Part shown: piece after piece, positions 60,716-64,000 of the stretch
Layout of the letters: each line of letters opens with the position of its first letter
Position numbering within the stretch: the stretch's first letter is position 1
From: an uncultured Gemmatimonadales bacterium
Lineage (GTDB): Bacteria > Gemmatimonadota > Gemmatimonadetes > Longimicrobiales > RSA9
DNA: 64,000 nt
Assembly: GCA_963798085.1 (NCBI GenBank)
Contig: CAWCRS010000003.1
Span: 256,001-320,000 of the forward strand
Reading direction: 5' to 3'
The notes under the pieces: generated by a model
Told to the model about the DNA's origin: nothing
The model's database searches: none
What the model saw: only the letters and a program-made list of their open reading frames with translations
Program-made: the position numbers and the translations under genes

Positions 60716-62158
60716 CTACGTCGCCGGTGTGCCCAGAACCCGCTTCACCGTCTGCCCGGACCGGAGCGGGTCGGTTGGGCCAATTCCGTTGATGAGGGCG
60801 ACCTCATCGAGGGACACACCCGAAGGGAACTGACTGTTGAATTGACCGAGCGTCATCGCGCGTGGGGCCGTGGCGAGGCTGAGCCGCATCGGTTGCACCG
60901 CGAGCGCCGCGGCATCGGTCAGTCGATCGAAGCTCGTGACGCTCGCCTGCATGGCGGAACTGTAGGTGTTGAACTTGGCGCTCGTGGAGTAGGCGGTCAC
61001 CTGATAGGTGGCGCCGCTGAACTCGATGAAGGTCGCGGTCCCCTGTAGGGCCGTACCCTGGCTGGTCTGGGCGCTGAACTCTCCAGTTACCGCGGGGAAG
61101 CCATGGATGCTGTTCTGCGAAGTGCGACCGGCCACGACTCCCTGCTGGGCGAAGAACGCCTGCGCTGCCTGGGCTGCGGTCCCCTGCGCGCCTCGCAGTT
61201 CGACGATAGCGTCCTGCGCCGAGCTCATGCCGATCACGGCATCGCTTGCGTTCTGGGTCTGCCAGCCGTTCGGGAACTGAAACTGGAATTTGAGATCCGG
61301 GTGCAGGAAAAGCGGGCCGCGGAAGAAGCCCTGGCGCGGATTCTCGCCGTAGACCATTCCGTCGATCACCTTGAGGAACTCATCCCGGCCGACTTTCAGG
61401 TTGGCGAGGTTCTCCTGCACTGTGGCAAGCCGGTCCTCGGTAGCCTTGATCCGATTGCCGGGGTCGGGGTGGGTCGACTCCCATTCGGGCAAGCGCCCGC
61501 CGCCGCTCATTTCCCCCTGCTGTTCGAGCATCTTGAAAACACTGACCATCTCGCGGACGTCATACCCATCGGCCAGGGCATAGCGGAATCCGAGCTGATC
61601 CGCCTGCGTCTCATCATCACGGCTGAACTTCAGGAACAGCAGGTCGAGACCAGCGCCGGCCGCACCGCTGTATTGCCGGATACTCGAGGAGAGGATGGAC
61701 CCGAGGCCCAGCCCTGCCTGGGCCAGTTCTGCACGGCTGATCTGCTGAACGCTGTGACGCGCGGCCACATGACCACTCTCATGGCCCAGAACGGTCATCA
61801 GTTCGGCCTCGTTGGTCATGTGCGTCAGGAGGCCGCGGGTGACGAAGACGAAGCCGCCGGGAAGCGCGAATGCGTTGACGGAGGGGTCATCGACCACCTG
61901 GTAGGCCCACGGCAGACTGGGCCGCTCGGTCCGGGCGGCAAGAGTCAACCCCAGGCGGCTCACGTAGGCCTGTACGGCAGCATCCTTGTAGAGCCCGATG
62001 GTCTGCGCGACATCGGCCGCGCCCTGCCTGCCCATCTCGATTTCCTGCGACTCCGAAACCAGGGCCAGTTCGTTCTTCCCGGTCACCGGGTTGATGGCGC
62101 AGGAGGCCAGAACGGTGGCCACAAGCAGTGCGCTGGTTCGCAGGCTTCGACGCACCAT
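60716..62158 (-). CDS. M48-family (BepA/YfgC-like) metalloprotease lipoprotein
   Basis: LASCAINPVTG, VNAFALPGG, GHESGH zinc motif, SRDDETQAD.LG, STHP. Confidence 0.9.
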   Translation of the reverse strand: MVRRSLRTSALLVATVLASCAINPVTGKNELALVSESQEIEMGRQGAADVAQTIGLYKDAAVQAYVSRLGLTLAARTERPSLPWAYQVVDDPSVNAFALPGGFVFVTRGLLTHMTNEAELMTVLGHESGHVAARHSVQQISRAELAQAGLGLGSILSSSIRQYSGAAGAGLDLLFLKFSRDDETQADQLGFRYALADGYDVREMVSVFKMLEQQGEMSGGGRLPEWESTHPDPGNRIKATEDRLATVQENLANLKVGRDEFLKVIDGMVYGENPRQGFFRGPLFLHPDLKFQFQFPNGWQTQNASDAVIGMSSAQDAIVELRGAQGTAAQAAQAFFAQQGVVAGRTSQNSIHGFPAVTGEFSAQTSQGTALQGTATFIEFSGATYQVTAYSTSAKFNTYSSAMQASVTSFDRLTDAAALAVQPMRLSLATAPRAMTLGQFNSQFPSGVSLDEVALINGIGPTDPLRSGQTVKRVLGTPAT

Positions 62159-62375
62159 CGTCGGGCGGCGTGCGTCCCTGTGAAGCGTTTCGATCCCGAC
62201 GTGTTGCCCAACAAGGGCCCTTTGCGCCACACCTCTGGCTTCAAGCGTGTGGATGCTGCGGCACGAATCCATCATGAGTACTCCTTGTGGTTTCTATCGC
62301 CCATCACGATCGCCACGCTTGGCGGATCGGAAGCCGACCTGATCCTCTCCTGTGCGCTGCTCCAACCGACGTGAC

Positions 62376-62570
62376 TCAGCCGGTCTTCTTCACGCCCTTC
62401 TTGCGATGTGCGCCGCGAGCGGCCTTGATCCTGTCGAAGGTCCGCTGTGCTGCTTCGCGGAGGCGCTCTTCCGCGGACTTCGCGGCGTCGCCAAGGTCTT
62501 CGACGAGCTTTCGCGTCGCGGCCTCGTCCAGCTTCGCGAGGCGGTCGATCTTGTCTCTCCCTCCGGTCAT
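62376..62570 (-). CDS. Small charged hypothetical protein
   Basis: 64-aa helical ORF, co-oriented with its neighbours. Confidence 0.5.
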   Translation of the reverse strand: MTGGRDKIDRLAKLDEAATRKLVEDLGDAAKSAEERLREAAQRTFDRIKAARGAHRKKGVKKTG

Positions 62571-62607
62571 GGTGATGCAATCCCTCGCTGAACCTTGAAC
62601 GGAGTCG

Positions 62608-63102
62608 TCAGGCGCGCCTCCGCGCTCCGACTACGATCAGCCCTAACCCCACCAGCAGGACGGCCCCGCCCGCCCACGGCACGACCGATTGCTGCCCGTT
62701 CGCCATGACCATCGTGTCACCCATGTGGCCGATATTGCTCCGGGACGTGAGGCTTGCACCGCGCAGAAGCATGAAGCCACCCAGTGCGGCAGCGAGGATC
62801 CCCGCGATGATCATTGAACGCATTGAGACTCCTTTCGAGCTATGCCGGATGGTCAGTCGACTTCGCGGCGCACTTCGCGGGCGGTCGACCGACCGTCCCG
62901 GTATTTCGCCGTCAATGATGCGCCGGCCCAGGCCCGCGCAACGGGCCTCGGCTTCCTGCTTCGTCCGGTATCGTCCGGCCGTGCCGAACATATGGGTCTT
63001 GTCACGGCGGCTGATCTCGAGGTCCGCAGCCCAGCACCCGGATTCGTGGAGGCGATACGGCCACGCCACGATGTTGAAGCCCTTGTAATCTCTGTTGGTC
63101 AT
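62608..63102 (-). CDS. Hypothetical protein: small soluble domain in frame with a 2-TM protein that has its own start at 62823
   Basis: YKGFNI..EAEA.C..LGRRIIDG domain. Internal SD AAAGGAG precedes MRSMIIAGIL. Confidence 0.6.
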   Translation of the reverse strand: MTNRDYKGFNIVAWPYRLHESGCWAADLEISRRDKTHMFGTAGRYRTKQEAEARCAGLGRRIIDGEIPGRSVDRPRSAPRSRLTIRHSSKGVSMRSMIIAGILAAALGGFMLLRGASLTSRSNIGHMGDTMVMANGQQSVVPWAGGAVLLVGLGLIVVGARRRA

Positions 63103-63174
63103 GACCCGCGTCCTCGCCGTGTCTTTTGCGTCCCCTTCAAGGGTGTTCCGTTCGAGACTCGCTCGATTCGCACG

Positions 63175-64000
63175 TCATGCCCCCGAATTCAGGTCAAACG
63201 GAATGAACTCGAAAGGCGGGAGCTGGCGCAGCGTGTCGCCCGCCGACGTCGCGGGCCCCCGACCCGCGGCAGCGGGGTGCTCCAGCTTCTTCTGTCGTTC
63301 CTGTTCGAGCATGCCGTCATGGCCGTAAACGTCGTGCATGAAGCGAACAGTGCCATCCTCATCGACCCAGGCCGTGAAATAGACGATGTAGACCGGCACG
63401 CCTTCGTCGAAGCGGATCGTTTTCTCCTTGCCGCTGGCGAGGAGCGAGTCCAGCTGTTCCGGCTGCGTGTGGGTGACGCGCTGCATCAGCGCACGGGCCA
63501 GCTGTTTCGGCCGCTCGACCCGGATACAACCGTGGCTGAACGCGCGGTCCGTGCGTGAAAAGAGTTGCCCCGCGGGCGTGTCGTGCAGGTAGATGTTGTC
63601 ATTGTTCGGAAGCATGAACTTCAGCCGGCCGAGCGCATTGTCGGGACCCGGCTGTTGACGGAACCGGTACGCATCGGCTTTCGAGGAATCCACTGAACCC
63701 GGGGCCACGACGCGATCACCCACAAGCACGTCAAAATGGTGGCTGGCCAGATAGTGGGGGTCGCGGCGCCATGCGGGCAGGATCTCTTCCGTGGCGATCG
63801 CTGCCGGCACATTCCAGAAGGGGTTCACGACCACGGATTCCATGGTGTCGGAGAAAATGGGCGTGTTCCAGCCCTCCTTCCCGACAACGACGTCCATGAT
63901 TTCCACGGGGCTGCCGTTCTCGATCATCTCGAGTTCAAAGCCGGCCACGTTCACGACAATGTAGCGCTCGCCCAGCTCGCGCGGCAGCCAGCGCCAGCGA
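63175..64000 (-). CDS. L,D-transpeptidase (YcbB/LdtD-like), 5' end outside the window
   Basis: NPFWNVP, RQQPGPDNALGRLKFM.PN, IYLHDTP, FSHGCIRV, YFTAWVD, DVYG.D. Confidence 0.92.
   Translation of the reverse strand, partial: RWRWLPRELGERYIVVNVAGFELEMIENGSPVEIMDVVVGKEGWNTPIFSDTMESVVVNPFWNVPAAIATEEILPAWRRDPHYLASHHFDVLVGDRVVAPGSVDSSKADAYRFRQQPGPDNALGRLKFMLPNNDNIYLHDTPAGQLFSRTDRAFSHGCIRVERPKQLARALMQRVTHTQPEQLDSLLASGKEKTIRFDEGVPVYIVYFTAWVDEDGTVRFMHDVYGHDGMLEQERQKKLEHPAAAGRGPATSAGDTLRQLPPFEFIPFDLNSGA

Overview
GC-rich bacterial window, very likely Gemmatimonadota. This is inferred from the PadR plus duplicated-orphan-permease pairs, the Ig-repeat lipoproteins and an ECF sigma/Ser-Thr kinase pair. 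It holds about 38 genes, mostly regulator-plus-effector modules: PadR/ADOP permeases, BlaI/M56, ArsR/SRPBCC, TetR/RibD-like, a LuxR-STAND regulator next to SBP56, an OmpR-type two-component system with a TonB receptor and hmuTUV, ECF/STK, and KaiC-like ATPase/PAS kinase. There is also an isoprenoid/UbiA lipid cluster, several large surface lipoproteins, an M48 protease and a partial L,D-transpeptidase. About 20 single-base frameshifts, mostly +1, split otherwise intact genes and look like long-read errors. The best candidate for an undescribed system is 16230-22843: a cobalamin-dependent radical SAM enzyme tightly coupled to a putative lipoprotein with a GAVDPPPPP motif, followed by a TIR-NB-ARC-helical-repeat (NLR-like) protein. 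I saw no rRNA, tRNA, CRISPR array or transposase. All family calls come from reading motifs by eye, not from database searches.
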